From: Bdellovibrio sp.
GTDB lineage: Bacteria > Bdellovibrionota > Bdellovibrionia > Bdellovibrionales > Bdellovibrionaceae
Direction: 5' to 3'
DNA: 64,000 bases
NCBI GenBank assembly: GCA_036676395.1
Contig: JAKFCY010000002.1
Location: forward strand, 32,001 to 96,000
Below the pieces are notes generated by a model. It searched no databases. It worked only from the letters and a program-made list of their open reading frames with translations, and was not told the origin of the DNA. Below are positions 48,315-57,903 of the stretch, piece after piece. Position numbers and translations under genes: made by a program. How positions within the stretch are numbered: the stretch's first letter is position 1; every line of letters begins with the position of its first letter.

Positions 48315-50448
48315 AATTATCCTTGGCTTTTAAAGCAACTTTTCTGGCTGATATGTCTTTTGTTGAGTCATTAACGATGGTTAAGATTTGTTTTATAAGG
48401 GTGTCTTGGCTGACAGGTTTTGTTATTAAGCCTATGCATCCTGATTCAAGACTGCTTTTCTTTTCTGCTGATGAGGCATGGGCAGTCAGGGCTATAATTG
48501 GATTTTTAAATCCTTCAATACGCAAACGGCGAGTGGCCTCCAAGCCATCCATTTGCGGAAGCTGAATATCCATCAATATTAAGTCGTAGTCTTCTTCGCG
48601 CACGCGACGAATGGCAGAAATTCCATTATCAACAACATCGGGTATAGCTCCTACCGAGCGTAAGAAGAATTCAAAGATTTCCTGGTTATCCTCAGAGTCT
48701 TCCACAATGAGAATTCTTTTTCCGGCCAATTGGTTGTAATTCTGCAATTGGCTTGAAGCTTTCGCTTGCGCGATTTCTGTCATTACCGTTTCTGACCACT
48801 TTACATTTTCAATTTCACCGCAGGGTATTTTTAATTCAAAAGTTGAGCCCCGGCCAATACGGCTATCAATCAAAGTAACATCGCCGCCGAATTGCTGGGC
48901 CATTCGTTTCGAAACAACAAGTCCTAATCCTATGCCGCCAAAACGACGAGTACTTGAAACGTCGGCCTGTGAAAAAGATTGAAATAAATCAGCTTGATCC
49001 TGTTTAGAAATACCGATGCCAGTATCTTTCACGCGAATAGTGATAAATTTCTGTCCGGTCGGGCTTGATTCAATTTTAAAATGTACGCTGACGCCACCGT
49101 TTTCGGTAAATTTAACGGCATTGCCTAAAAGATTTGTCATGACTTGTTTAACGCGGGATTCAGCGGCGATAACGTATTCAGGTAAAGCCCCTTCGCTTGA
49201 AATATTAAATTTAATACTTTTAGCATCAGCGCGATTATTCATCGTGACCAAGACACCTTCAAATAATGATCTCAACGAAATATTTTGTGTCGTGATCATT
49301 ATTTTACCAAATTCGATATTTGAAATATCTAAGATATTATCAATGATACCGGTTAAGTGAGAGCTGTTTTTTTGGATATTTTCGATAAGAACGTGACGCT
49401 CATTCTGATTTTCGGTTCGGCTTAATATTTCAGAATACCCAGTGATCGCGTTTAGCGGCGTGCGAATTTCGTGACTCATGTTCGCTAAAAATGCTGATTT
49501 CATGCGATTAGATTCTTCGAGTAACAGTTTTTCTTTAGCTTCATGGTGAATAGTGTTTTCAAATTGTTTAAAAAAGCTTAGCAGTAGCCCAATAACTAAG
49601 ACTGTGGCTAAAGCCACAATATGGCCCAGATAGCGATCGCTGAGCGAAAGAAAGCCAGGCATGGCCACGGCGGTGATCTTCCAGCGTTTGCCATATAAAT
49701 CAATTTCTTGAATTTTGTGAAATGATTCGCTGTTCACGCTCTGTGGAAAACGTGTGTAAGCTAAAGTCTCTTTCTGGGTTTCAGGATCAATCAAAGTTAA
49801 CGAAAAATTCACATGCTCTTTATGGGGATTTGGCTGCCCCAGAATATTCGTAAATAGATCATCCATTGTTACCGGAATATATATTAAACCCAGTGATTTT
49901 TGCTGACGTTCTTTAATTGAGCCAGGTGTTTGCAATTGGCCAAAATACGGTAGCGTTAAAGTCATCGAGAATTTCTGGTAGTTATTTTTAGAGGTCTCTG
50001 TTTTGAACGGATAAGTTAAGGTAATAGAAGTTGCGTGGAGCGCATTTAAGATATCGGTTTTATGACTGTTGGGCAGTCGTTGCGCAAGTTTTTTTAATTG
50101 TGCACGTGATGAAAAGCCTAAACCAACTAGCTTATAGGTATCTGATTGCCCCTGTAAATTTTCACTGAAGCTACGAAAGTGTCTATGATCAGGTAGCTGA
50201 GCATGATGGGTATCAAGGTGGGCGCGGGTGTAAGCTAAAGAAAAAGCGTAAGTATTTAAACTGTTCGCTAAAGCCGACGTCATTGATTCAGTTTCAAACT
50301 CGAGGCGATGATTCACATCTTTTTGAATTGATTTGTGGATATGAGTCCAAGAGATAAAGCCAATGATAGTAAGACCGGCGATAAGCGCGGTGAAGATCTC
50401 CTTATCAAAGAAGACTGAAAATGTATTTTTAAGAAAAGACTTTGCCAT
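48286..50448 (-). CDS. Membrane hybrid histidine kinase (CHASE-like sensor, HisKA, HATPase, REC)
   Basis: Two TMs; FLANMSHEIRTPLN; GGIGLGL; LMDIQLP; start at 50448 or 50490. Confidence 0.9.
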   Translation of the reverse strand: MAKSFLKNTFSVFFDKEIFTALIAGLTIIGFISWTHIHKSIQKDVNHRLEFETESMTSALANSLNTYAFSLAYTRAHLDTHHAQLPDHRHFRSFSENLQGQSDTYKLVGLGFSSRAQLKKLAQRLPNSHKTDILNALHATSITLTYPFKTETSKNNYQKFSMTLTLPYFGQLQTPGSIKERQQKSLGLIYIPVTMDDLFTNILGQPNPHKEHVNFSLTLIDPETQKETLAYTRFPQSVNSESFHKIQEIDLYGKRWKITAVAMPGFLSLSDRYLGHIVALATVLVIGLLLSFFKQFENTIHHEAKEKLLLEESNRMKSAFLANMSHEIRTPLNAITGYSEILSRTENQNERHVLIENIQKNSSHLTGIIDNILDISNIEFGKIMITTQNISLRSLFEGVLVTMNNRADAKSIKFNISSEGALPEYVIAAESRVKQVMTNLLGNAVKFTENGGVSVHFKIESSPTGQKFITIRVKDTGIGISKQDQADLFQSFSQADVSSTRRFGGIGLGLVVSKRMAQQFGGDVTLIDSRIGRGSTFELKIPCGEIENVKWSETVMTEIAQAKASSQLQNYNQLAGKRILIVEDSEDNQEIFEFFLRSVGAIPDVVDNGISAIRRVREEDYDLILMDIQLPQMDGLEATRRLRIEGFKNPIIALTAHASSAEKKSSLESGCIGLITKPVSQDTLIKQILTIVNDSTKDISARKVALKAKDNYDRYHASSH

Positions 50449-50588
50449 ACAGTTGTTTGGTTTTTTACACAGGGCAAAGGGGGGATTCAAAAAATTAATT
50501 TAATATAATTTTAATGGGGCAAATTTCACCAAAGCACCCAATTAAATCACTAAATTGGGCACTTTGTCGCAGTATTTGATTACAAAAA

Positions 50589-50780
50589 TTACAAAGACTG
50601 CTCAAGGCGTAGCAAACGGTGCTCGATCATTCGAGTCATGGGTATGACATAGTCATGAAGAACTCGTTTTGAAAACTCTTTTATGCGTGTCGTGGCTGTA
50701 GAGGTCGTTGAACGATGGGTCGCTGTTTTTTTATCGTTACGTGTGTCTGCGCGATGATGTTTTTTTTGAGTTTTGGTCAT
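50589..50780 (-). CDS. Small basic hypothetical protein (63 aa)
   Basis: GGAGG RBS 5 nt before the ATG and an upstream sigma-54 element. Confidence 0.6.
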   Translation of the reverse strand: MTKTQKKHHRADTRNDKKTATHRSTTSTATTRIKEFSKRVLHDYVIPMTRMIEHRLLRLEQSL

Positions 50781-50822
50781 AATTGCCTCCGTAGTTTGAA
50801 AAATAATATTGTAAGCGCTATT

Positions 50823-50837
50823 GCAATTTGAAAGCCG
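50823..50837 (-). promoter_or_regulatory. Sigma-54-like promoter
   Basis: Minus strand CGGCTT-TCAAA-TTGC. Confidence 0.6.
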
Positions 50838-50846
50838 CGAAGCTGT

Positions 50847-50861
50847 TGGAAAGAATTTTGC
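50847..50861 (+). promoter_or_regulatory. Sigma-54-like promoter
   Basis: TGGAAA-GAATT-TTGC, 15 bp upstream of ATG 50877. Confidence 0.55.
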
Positions 50862-50876
50862 TTAACTAAGTTTATT

Positions 50877-51485
50877 ATGGTGAACAAACCCGCTTATGGA
50901 CGTGATTTTGACCGCGATAAGAACCTAACCTATCGACCACAGGATGAATCCGGCGATTTGGAACATATTTCGCCGTTCTTTGCCCCAATGCCCAGACCAG
51001 ATAGTGTAGTTAATATTATCATCCGACAGCATCAAGAATTACGTGAATACATTCATGTGTTTAAGATGGCCAATTCTACTCCTGCAGAAAAGCAGACTGC
51101 ACTGCTTGATTTTGTAAATCTGTGGCTGGCTCATGCGCAAGCCGAAGAAAATACGCTTTATGAAGAGGTCACCTTTTCTTCTGAATTAAAACCACTTCTG
51201 GATGAAGCTTTTGAAGAACATGCGATCGCCCAAATTTTAATTGAAGAGCTCGAAGCCTTAAACTTTCGTTTAAACTGGAATTCTATGATTCAAATCAAAG
51301 CAAAGACTTTGGCTGAAGTTGTCGAACACCATCTTAAAAATGAAGAAGAAACCTATTTAAAATTAATTTTAGATTTACTTCCGCAAGAAGACCTGCAATT
51401 ACTCGGGCGCGAGTTCGTACGCCAATTTGAAGCAATTGCAGCTCATAACAAAGTCTCGCTTAAACCTTCGCGCGTTTTATCTTAA
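50877..51485 (+). CDS. Hemerythrin (HHE cation-binding) domain protein
   Basis: QHQELR, HAQAEE..LY, EEH, HHLKNEE. Confidence 0.85.
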   Translation: MVNKPAYGRDFDRDKNLTYRPQDESGDLEHISPFFAPMPRPDSVVNIIIRQHQELREYIHVFKMANSTPAEKQTALLDFVNLWLAHAQAEENTLYEEVTFSSELKPLLDEAFEEHAIAQILIEELEALNFRLNWNSMIQIKAKTLAEVVEHHLKNEEETYLKLILDLLPQEDLQLLGREFVRQFEAIAAHNKVSLKPSRVLS

Positions 51486-51493
51486 CCGCTATC

Positions 51494-51802
51494 TTAGTAG
51501 TGATGCTGCGAAGCCTTTGTTTGTAGATGGCGAGGCGCTACATTAGAACTAATTTTTTCTAACATTCTTTTAAAAAATATTTTTACTTTTTTACTAAAAG
51601 GATCGTTTTCAAACCAACCCCAATCAGCATTGTATTCAGGAGTGACTCCTCCTTCGTCTTCCCATTTTTCGAGTTGTAATTCTGTAGGTTCTGGATGCTG
51701 ACGTTGTAAAAATTTATCGAACTGTGCTTCTGGATTGGCCGGTTTAAAGTATTTTTCATCTGGCACTTGGTGTGCGGGGTGAAGAGTTTTATCGTTGCCC
51801 AT
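51494..51802 (-). CDS. Small hypothetical protein with WEDEGG motif
   Basis: AGGAG RBS, upstream sigma-54 element, LEKWEDEGG. Confidence 0.65.
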   Translation of the reverse strand: MGNDKTLHPAHQVPDEKYFKPANPEAQFDKFLQRQHPEPTELQLEKWEDEGGVTPEYNADWGWFENDPFSKKVKIFFKRMLEKISSNVAPRHLQTKASQHHY

Positions 51803-51845
51803 AAATGCTCCTTAGTTTTTCTTCGCACTAACTAGAAATATAATT

Positions 51846-51860
51846 GCAAACTTAAGGCCT
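51846..51860 (-). promoter_or_regulatory. Sigma-54-like promoter
   Basis: Minus strand AGGCCT-TAAGT-TTGC. Confidence 0.6.
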
Positions 51861-51893
51861 GCGTCAGTTTGTGGAACTATGCCCTGTATCGCG

Positions 51894-51908
51894 TGGTTAT
51901 TAAATTGC
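51894..51908 (+). promoter_or_regulatory. Sigma-54-like promoter
   Basis: TGGTTA-TTAAA-TTGC, 30 bp upstream of ATG 51939. Confidence 0.55.
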
Positions 51909-51938
51909 AGATTAAATGACAGATGCAGGAGTAAGCTT

Positions 51939-52502
51939 ATGGAAAAAAATATAAATGGCTCAAATTCAGTATTTAATATTCAAGAAATTCGTCGTCATGC
52001 AATGACATCAATGAATCAAGGTGCGGTGACTGGTGATTATCCATTAGATATAGAAAAAGCCTGCCAAATTTTAAATGAAGCTTTAGCCACCGAAATTTTA
52101 TGTGTGTTGCGATACCGCCATCATGCGATCGTAGCTAAAGGTATTAATTTTCCGCAAGTTGCGGCTGAATTTAAAAACCATGCGGCCAATGAAGACGAAC
52201 ATGTCTGGGCTTTGGCTGAACGTATTGATCAGCTGGGCGGTGATCCTGATATGAATCCTGCAACGATTGGGGCCCGATCAGCAACTGAGTACGGAAGCTC
52301 TGGCGATCTCTTAGAAATGATTCGCGAAGATTTAGTCGCCGAACGTATCGTGATTGAAGTTTATCGCCAAATGATTGATTGGTTTGGGCATAATGATCCA
52401 ACGACAAGACGATTGCTTGAAAAAATATTGGCCGACGAAGAAGAGCACGCTAATGATTTGGCCGATTTGTTAGTCACTGCAAGCCGTAAAAATTTAAATT
52501 AA
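51939..52502 (+). CDS. Bacterioferritin-like / ferritin-like domain protein
   Basis: ALATEILCVLRY, E.EH...LAERIDQLGG, EDLVAER, EEEHA.DL; AGGAG RBS before ATG 51939. Confidence 0.88.
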   Translation: MEKNINGSNSVFNIQEIRRHAMTSMNQGAVTGDYPLDIEKACQILNEALATEILCVLRYRHHAIVAKGINFPQVAAEFKNHAANEDEHVWALAERIDQLGGDPDMNPATIGARSATEYGSSGDLLEMIREDLVAERIVIEVYRQMIDWFGHNDPTTRRLLEKILADEEEHANDLADLLVTASRKNLN

Positions 52503-53131
52503 TTTTTTTCTTTTGTAATATCTGGGTATTTTTCTTGGATTAAATATTTTATTCCAAGCATTATACCGTAATGACTGCCGGATTCATTTTGCTTTTCAGT
52601 GACAGATAATCCATAGCGAATATCTGAGACCACTGAATAACGATCACGCTGCCATAATTCAGTCTGTATTGAGATATCTAAACCATAATCAACCGTATCA
52701 CGAGCCGAGGTATCAATGTTTTCGCCGACAGGAAATTCACTATGTATAATTTGTGGTTGATTAAGCGGGTAAGACGATGAAAAAGCTAAAGAGGCAGACC
52801 AAAGGGGACTTATCCAATAGCGGTAGCCCATGGTGATGTGCATAAGTTCAGTTTTTTCTGCAACGGTGATGTCATTGCTTTTGCGAATATAAACTTTCTG
52901 CATGTGAAACATGGCAATTTCCAGAGCGCCAATTTCATTAATATCACCCTGAACGATCAGGCCAAGATCGCCAAAAACCGGAGCTTTGGCACCAGTGGAT
53001 GAAAAGGGATAATCAGTGCGTGAAACAAACGGGCCGAATATAGCCGTTACGTTACCTTCCTGAGGTTCGTACGCCAAACTTTCCAGGCAGAACATCAAAA
53101 ATAACAGAAATAAAACTTTTACGTTTGTCAT
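52499..53131 (-). CDS. Hypothetical outer-membrane beta-barrel protein
   Basis: Signal peptide; alternating strands (MGYRYW, MLGIKY). Confidence 0.6.
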   Translation of the reverse strand: MTNVKVLFLLFLMFCLESLAYEPQEGNVTAIFGPFVSRTDYPFSSTGAKAPVFGDLGLIVQGDINEIGALEIAMFHMQKVYIRKSNDITVAEKTELMHITMGYRYWISPLWSASLAFSSSYPLNQPQIIHSEFPVGENIDTSARDTVDYGLDISIQTELWQRDRYSVVSDIRYGLSVTEKQNESGSHYGIMLGIKYLIQEKYPDITKEKN

Positions 53132-53177
53132 AAGGCAAGATTACGGTTGATGATATTAAAAGTACAATCAAAAAATT

Positions 53178-54119
53178 ATGGGGATTTTTTTGCGCAAGTT
53201 ATTCTTTCTATTGAGCTGTTTTGTCATGAGTTTGCCGGCGTACGCCGAAAAAAAACCTCAGGATGGCGAACGCTCTGAGTGGGAAGACATATTCATTCAA
53301 AGTAACAAAAATATTTCAACGTGGTTTGACGGTTTCACTGAAGGTATTGATTTATTTCTGGTCGGTAAGCGCGTCAGCAAAGAAAAAAATAAATCCAGCT
53401 TTCGCATTGATAACACCACTACAGTTACTGAGACTGAAAATTTTAATAATAATACAAGTCTTTCAATTAAACCGCGTTTGCAAAATCTTGAAGAATTTAT
53501 GCAATTAAAATTTACTTCATATGATGAAAATGAAGAAACTCGCGGGGTCGAAAGTGGTTATTTGCGTAAAACGCAGCGTAAAAAAAATTACGGGGCCACG
53601 GTTGGATTTATTCGCAAATTAGGAAAAGTTCGTACTACATTTCAACCGCGCATCACCCTGCAAGATCCGCTAAAGGTAGCCCATTCTTTAGAGTTTGAAA
53701 GTGTTGCTGAACATAAAAAGTTTCAAACAAATCCAAAATTTGAATTATTTGCAGACCCTGATAAGGGAGCAGGAACCTTTCAGGCGGTCAATTTTCATTA
53801 TGAGATTAATCCGGTGTATGCGCTAACATTTATTAATGAAGGCGAATACCAGGAAAAAATTCATAAACTGCTGGTGACTAACGGTATAATCCTTGGTCAG
53901 GAATATTCAGAGAAAACGGCTTTTTCCTATAGCTGGATTTTTAATTCACATAATCGCGAAAGATATCATTTAGATGCTCACAATGTTTCTGTAACTTGGC
54001 ATCAAAATATTTATCGCAATATTTTAGATTTTCAATTAACCCCGCATATAAATTTTGAAAAAATTTATCGCTTTAAAGGGCGAACAGGATTAATTTTCAA
54101 TATCAGCATCAATTACTAA
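53178..54119 (+). CDS. Hypothetical exported, probably outer-membrane, protein
   Basis: Signal peptide; beta-rich; C-terminal aromatic residue (ISINY). Confidence 0.6.
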   Translation: MGIFLRKLFFLLSCFVMSLPAYAEKKPQDGERSEWEDIFIQSNKNISTWFDGFTEGIDLFLVGKRVSKEKNKSSFRIDNTTTVTETENFNNNTSLSIKPRLQNLEEFMQLKFTSYDENEETRGVESGYLRKTQRKKNYGATVGFIRKLGKVRTTFQPRITLQDPLKVAHSLEFESVAEHKKFQTNPKFELFADPDKGAGTFQAVNFHYEINPVYALTFINEGEYQEKIHKLLVTNGIILGQEYSEKTAFSYSWIFNSHNRERYHLDAHNVSVTWHQNIYRNILDFQLTPHINFEKIYRFKGRTGLIFNISINY

Positions 54120-55129
54120 AGTCGCACTAAGGCTGAAGCCCAGGTAAAACCAGCTCCAAACGCCACCATTGAAATAGTCATACCAGGTTTAAGTTTTCCG
54201 GCTCCAAAGGCATCCCACATGCCTAAAGGAATAGTCGCCGCCGTGGTGTTGCCGAATTTATGAATGGTCGTATGCACACGCTCTATCGGAATATTCATGT
54301 CTTCGCAGATTTTTTGATTGATGCGCGCATTGGCTTGATGAAAAAAGTGCATGTCGACATCTCTTAAGGCAAGACCCGTGGCGTTTAAAGATTCGTTTAA
54401 GACTTCAGGCATTTTTGTTACGGCATGACCAAACACCAAACGTCCGTTCATTTGCGGAAAGATCTGTCCGCTATCAATCATTTCATGGGTAATACGAGTT
54501 GGTCCAAATGCGCTTCCAGGAACGGGCATCCATAATTCAGAGGCCGAAGAGCCGTCAGCGTGCAATTTAGTGGTTAGCACATGTGGATCTTTAGATTCAT
54601 CTTTAACATCAGTCTGCTGTAAAATCACAGCGCCTGCGCCATCAGCGAAAATAATTGTTACCCCTTTACCGTTCGGAGATTTGTCTAAGCCTTTAGATTG
54701 CACCTCGCAACCGATCACGACAGCGCATTTGTATTGGCCGCTTGAAATGTATACATTAGCTAGTGAAATTCCATAAATAAATCCAGAACAAGCTTGGCGA
54801 ATATCAAAATATGGAATTCCGGGTAAGCCAAGTTTTGCCTGAACAAAAGCGGCACAGCCCGGAATGTCTGTATCTGGGCTCGAAGTTGCAACCACAATAA
54901 GATCAATATCTTTCACATCAATTTTGGCATTTTGGATCGCGATTTTTGCGGCTTCAACAGCTAAATCAGACGTTGATTGTTCGTCCAGAACCCAGCGGCG
55001 CTCAACAATACCTGTGCGTTGTTGAATCCATTCATCAGTGGTGTCTAACATTTTTTCAAGATCGGTATTTTTAATTACTCTTGAAGGAACATATCCACCG
55101 AAGCCGGTAATTTTTGCTGCTTTTTTCAT
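54116..55129 (-). CDS. fabH: Beta-ketoacyl-ACP synthase III
   Basis: EWIQQRTGI.ERR, QACSGF, FADGAGA, HQANARI, GNTTAATIP, FGAGFTW. Confidence 0.93.
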   Translation of the reverse strand: MKKAAKITGFGGYVPSRVIKNTDLEKMLDTTDEWIQQRTGIVERRWVLDEQSTSDLAVEAAKIAIQNAKIDVKDIDLIVVATSSPDTDIPGCAAFVQAKLGLPGIPYFDIRQACSGFIYGISLANVYISSGQYKCAVVIGCEVQSKGLDKSPNGKGVTIIFADGAGAVILQQTDVKDESKDPHVLTTKLHADGSSASELWMPVPGSAFGPTRITHEMIDSGQIFPQMNGRLVFGHAVTKMPEVLNESLNATGLALRDVDMHFFHQANARINQKICEDMNIPIERVHTTIHKFGNTTAATIPLGMWDAFGAGKLKPGMTISMVAFGAGFTWASALVRL

Positions 55130-55150
55130 ACTTAATTTTAACGAGAATAG

Positions 55151-56296
55151 TTAAACTTTGGCTAGCTGAAATTTTTCAAATCTATTCAACTCGTCTTCAA
55201 TGCGTTGTTTTGTCGTCACACTTTTATGTTTACCAATCCAAGTCCACTGTTGAATCAGCAATTCACGTTTTTCGCGATCAGTCTTTAAATCTATGACGGC
55301 CTTTATTTGGTTATCCACAAGAATTGGTAACGCAAAATATCCGAAAACTCGTTTAGTTTTTGGTAAATAGGCCTCAAAACGATGGGCGTAATTAAAGAAA
55401 AATTCTAAACGTTTGCGCTGAATAGTTAAGGGATCAAAGGGCGATAAAATATGCACTAAATTTGAAGGTTTTACTTTGTTTTCAAAAATTTCAGGTGTTG
55501 TGTATAAAACTGATTTTTCTTGTCCCTTTACAGCGACTTCAACCAATTGCTTTTTTTTGATTCTGTCTGCAATAAGCTTTTTAACTTCGTTTTTACGCTG
55601 TGCTTTTTCTAAGTGGCAAATGCTATCAATATTTACCAAAGCTTGCGAGCGCAAGGCGCGATCTAACATGTAATTACTGACTTCTAAGCTGGTGGCCGCT
55701 TTTGGTTTGGCCTTCCAGTTAAAATGCCGGGCTGATAATTCGTATTTTTTTAGCATGCCTAAGCGTTCGCTGATCGTCAGTTCGCCTGAGTGAAATCCCA
55801 GCTGCAAAGCTTTCTTTGAAGGTTTTTTGCTGCCCCAGGGATGTTTTTTTTCTACCAGAACTTCATCGTCAATATCACGAATAGATAGGGCGCCTTCGCG
55901 TTTGATGTTACTAAGCACTTTTTTAAATTCTTCAGGCGTCACAGTTGAAAACCATTGGCCGGGGTCGTCTTTGCGCCGTTTCATATCGCCCATAAAAAAA
56001 CGATAGTCATTGGTTGGCACATAGGCCAAAGCGTGGGTCCAATATTCGAAGATTGATTTATCAAGTGTTTGGGCGCGATGAAGGTCGGGCACTTTGTAAT
56101 TAGGGATTCGCGTGTATAAAATGTGGTGGTGACAGCGTTCGATGACGCTAATGGTATCAATTTGCACATAGCCTAAATGAGCCACGGCATTCGCGACAGC
56201 TTGCGGCCCTTTGCCAAACGGATTTGCAACGTTCAGACATTGGGCATCGAGCAATAAATCTTGGGCTTTTACCTGAGAAATAATTTGAATCATCAC
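55151..56296 (-). CDS. YcaQ/AlkZ family DNA crosslink repair glycosylase (HTH_42)
   Basis: VQIDTI Q-x-D motif, FEYWTHA, LSPFDPL, EAYLP..KR.FGYF. Confidence 0.9.
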   Translation of the reverse strand: MMIQIISQVKAQDLLLDAQCLNVANPFGKGPQAVANAVAHLGYVQIDTISVIERCHHHILYTRIPNYKVPDLHRAQTLDKSIFEYWTHALAYVPTNDYRFFMGDMKRRKDDPGQWFSTVTPEEFKKVLSNIKREGALSIRDIDDEVLVEKKHPWGSKKPSKKALQLGFHSGELTISERLGMLKKYELSARHFNWKAKPKAATSLEVSNYMLDRALRSQALVNIDSICHLEKAQRKNEVKKLIADRIKKKQLVEVAVKGQEKSVLYTTPEIFENKVKPSNLVHILSPFDPLTIQRKRLEFFFNYAHRFEAYLPKTKRVFGYFALPILVDNQIKAVIDLKTDREKRELLIQQWTWIGKHKSVTTKQRIEDELNRFEKFQLAKV

Positions 56297-56319
56297 GTGT
56301 TTCTTTCTAAGATCAATTT

Positions 56320-56892
56320 ATGAATTTAGCACTTTATTTAGCGTTAACTGCGTTTCCATATACAATACCAGTTGGTTTTTTTTCTTACAAAGGTAATGTC
56401 GTCACTGAAAATCTTCGTATTGCTGAAGTAGTTGATCACACGGTGCAGGCCGGTAAAGACCGTATTGCCGAATTACGTAAAGATAAATTTACCTGTATTC
56501 GCCAAAGCCAAGTTAAAACGATTTGTTCGAAAAACACAGGGCCTGTTGAAACACCTGAAGAATTTAAGCAAGCGGTCGCTAAAAAATTGCAAAATTTTAC
56601 TTTCGATTTTTCTAAACCTGAAAATGAACCACAAAGTTACCAAGACATTTCACAATCGCACACTTATAATGTTTTTGCGCCAGTACGTTTAGGTGGAAAA
56701 ACAATTTCAATGTATCAATTCGTGCATTACTACGAAACGGGAAAACAAGTTTTAGCTTTTCCAGTCAGTGAAGACCAGCCCATCGGTAATTTAGTTTGGG
56801 TCAACAATGAGTTAGGATTAACTTTAGTGGTTAGTCAAAAAGTCGGCGTGCAGACTTACGGATATATTTTAAAAGCTTATTACAGCAACTAA
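56320..56892 (+). CDS. Hypothetical exported protein
   Basis: 190-aa ORF with a hydrophobic N-terminus; no motif recognised. Confidence 0.6.
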   Translation: MNLALYLALTAFPYTIPVGFFSYKGNVVTENLRIAEVVDHTVQAGKDRIAELRKDKFTCIRQSQVKTICSKNTGPVETPEEFKQAVAKKLQNFTFDFSKPENEPQSYQDISQSHTYNVFAPVRLGGKTISMYQFVHYYETGKQVLAFPVSEDQPIGNLVWVNNELGLTLVVSQKVGVQTYGYILKAYYSN

Positions 56893-56905
56893 GACGGAGA
56901 ATTTT

Positions 56906-57439
56906 ATGAAATGTTACTGCCAATCAAACCTTGAATTTAGTGAATGCTGTGAGCCCTATTTAAAAGGCGAAAAATTGGCTCCTACCGCTGAAAAATTAAT
57001 GCGTTCTCGTTATTCAGCTTACGCGACAGCTAATATTGATTATTTGAAAAAAACTTTGGCTCCTGAATCGCGCAGTGATTTTGATTCTGCGACGACAAAA
57101 AAATGGGCGCAAAGTGCGAAATGGAAAGGCCTTAAAATCATGTCTGTCGATAAAGGTACAGAAAATGATGTTAAAGGCACTGTTGAATTTACAGCAACTT
57201 ACGAACAAGACGGTGAAGGTTTAGACCATCACGAAGTTTCAACATTTCGTAAGTCTGATACTGGTGAATGGTACTTTATTGATGGTGATGCGCACACTCA
57301 TCGTGAAGGTGAAGACCATCATCACGCTAAGCCACAAACTGTGGTGCGTGAAGAAGCTAAAGTGGGGCGTAATGAACCATGCCCTTGTGGGAGTGGTAAA
57401 AAATATAAAAAATGCCACGGCAGTTTAGAAGCTGAATAG
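56906..57439 (+). CDS. ychJ: YchJ family protein with SEC-C motifs
   Basis: CYCQS...[38 protein letters not shown]. Confidence 0.9.
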   Translation: MKCYCQSNLEFSECCEPYLKGEKLAPTAEKLMRSRYSAYATANIDYLKKTLAPESRSDFDSATTKKWAQSAKWKGLKIMSVDKGTENDVKGTVEFTATYEQDGEGLDHHEVSTFRKSDTGEWYFIDGDAHTHREGEDHHHAKPQTVVREEAKVGRNEPCPCGSGKKYKKCHGSLEAE

Positions 57440-57446
57440 ATTTAAA

Positions 57447-57875
57447 ATGGCGCAGCAGATAGTAGTTATCCAAAGTCAGAGTGAATTAGAGCAGGTTTAC
57501 CCGCTCATGAAAGAGCTGCGCCCTCATATCACTTTGCAAAATTTTTTAGATATTTATCAGCAATCTCATAAAACGACGGGCTATGAAATTGCAGCGTTAA
57601 AACAAGATAACCAGATCCTGGCGATTATGGGTTACCGCATATTATATGATTATGTGCATGGTAAACATTGTTATATTGATGATTTGGTTTCGTCAGAACA
57701 ACAACGGTCAAAAGGTTACGGGGCAGAACTATTAAAGTACGCTGAAAAATTTGCTCAAGCTAATGGCTGTACTGGTTTGCGTTTATGTACGGGTATTGAA
57801 AATGAGCGTGGAAAAAAGTTCTACGAAAAAAATGGCTGGAATTTGCGGGCTATTGTTTACAAAAAGAAAGTCTGA
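57447..57875 (+). CDS. GNAT family N-acetyltransferase
   Basis: YIDDLVS...RSKGYG, FYEKNG. Confidence 0.9.
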   Translation: MAQQIVVIQSQSELEQVYPLMKELRPHITLQNFLDIYQQSHKTTGYEIAALKQDNQILAIMGYRILYDYVHGKHCYIDDLVSSEQQRSKGYGAELLKYAEKFAQANGCTGLRLCTGIENERGKKFYEKNGWNLRAIVYKKKV

Positions 57876-57903
57876 CAATAGCTAAAAGGACTCTGAATTC
57901 CTT

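Noticed and set aside
57876..57903. yybP-ykoY (Mn) riboswitch upstream of terC/alx
   Set aside because: Only 28 bp of intergenic space and no recognisable structure
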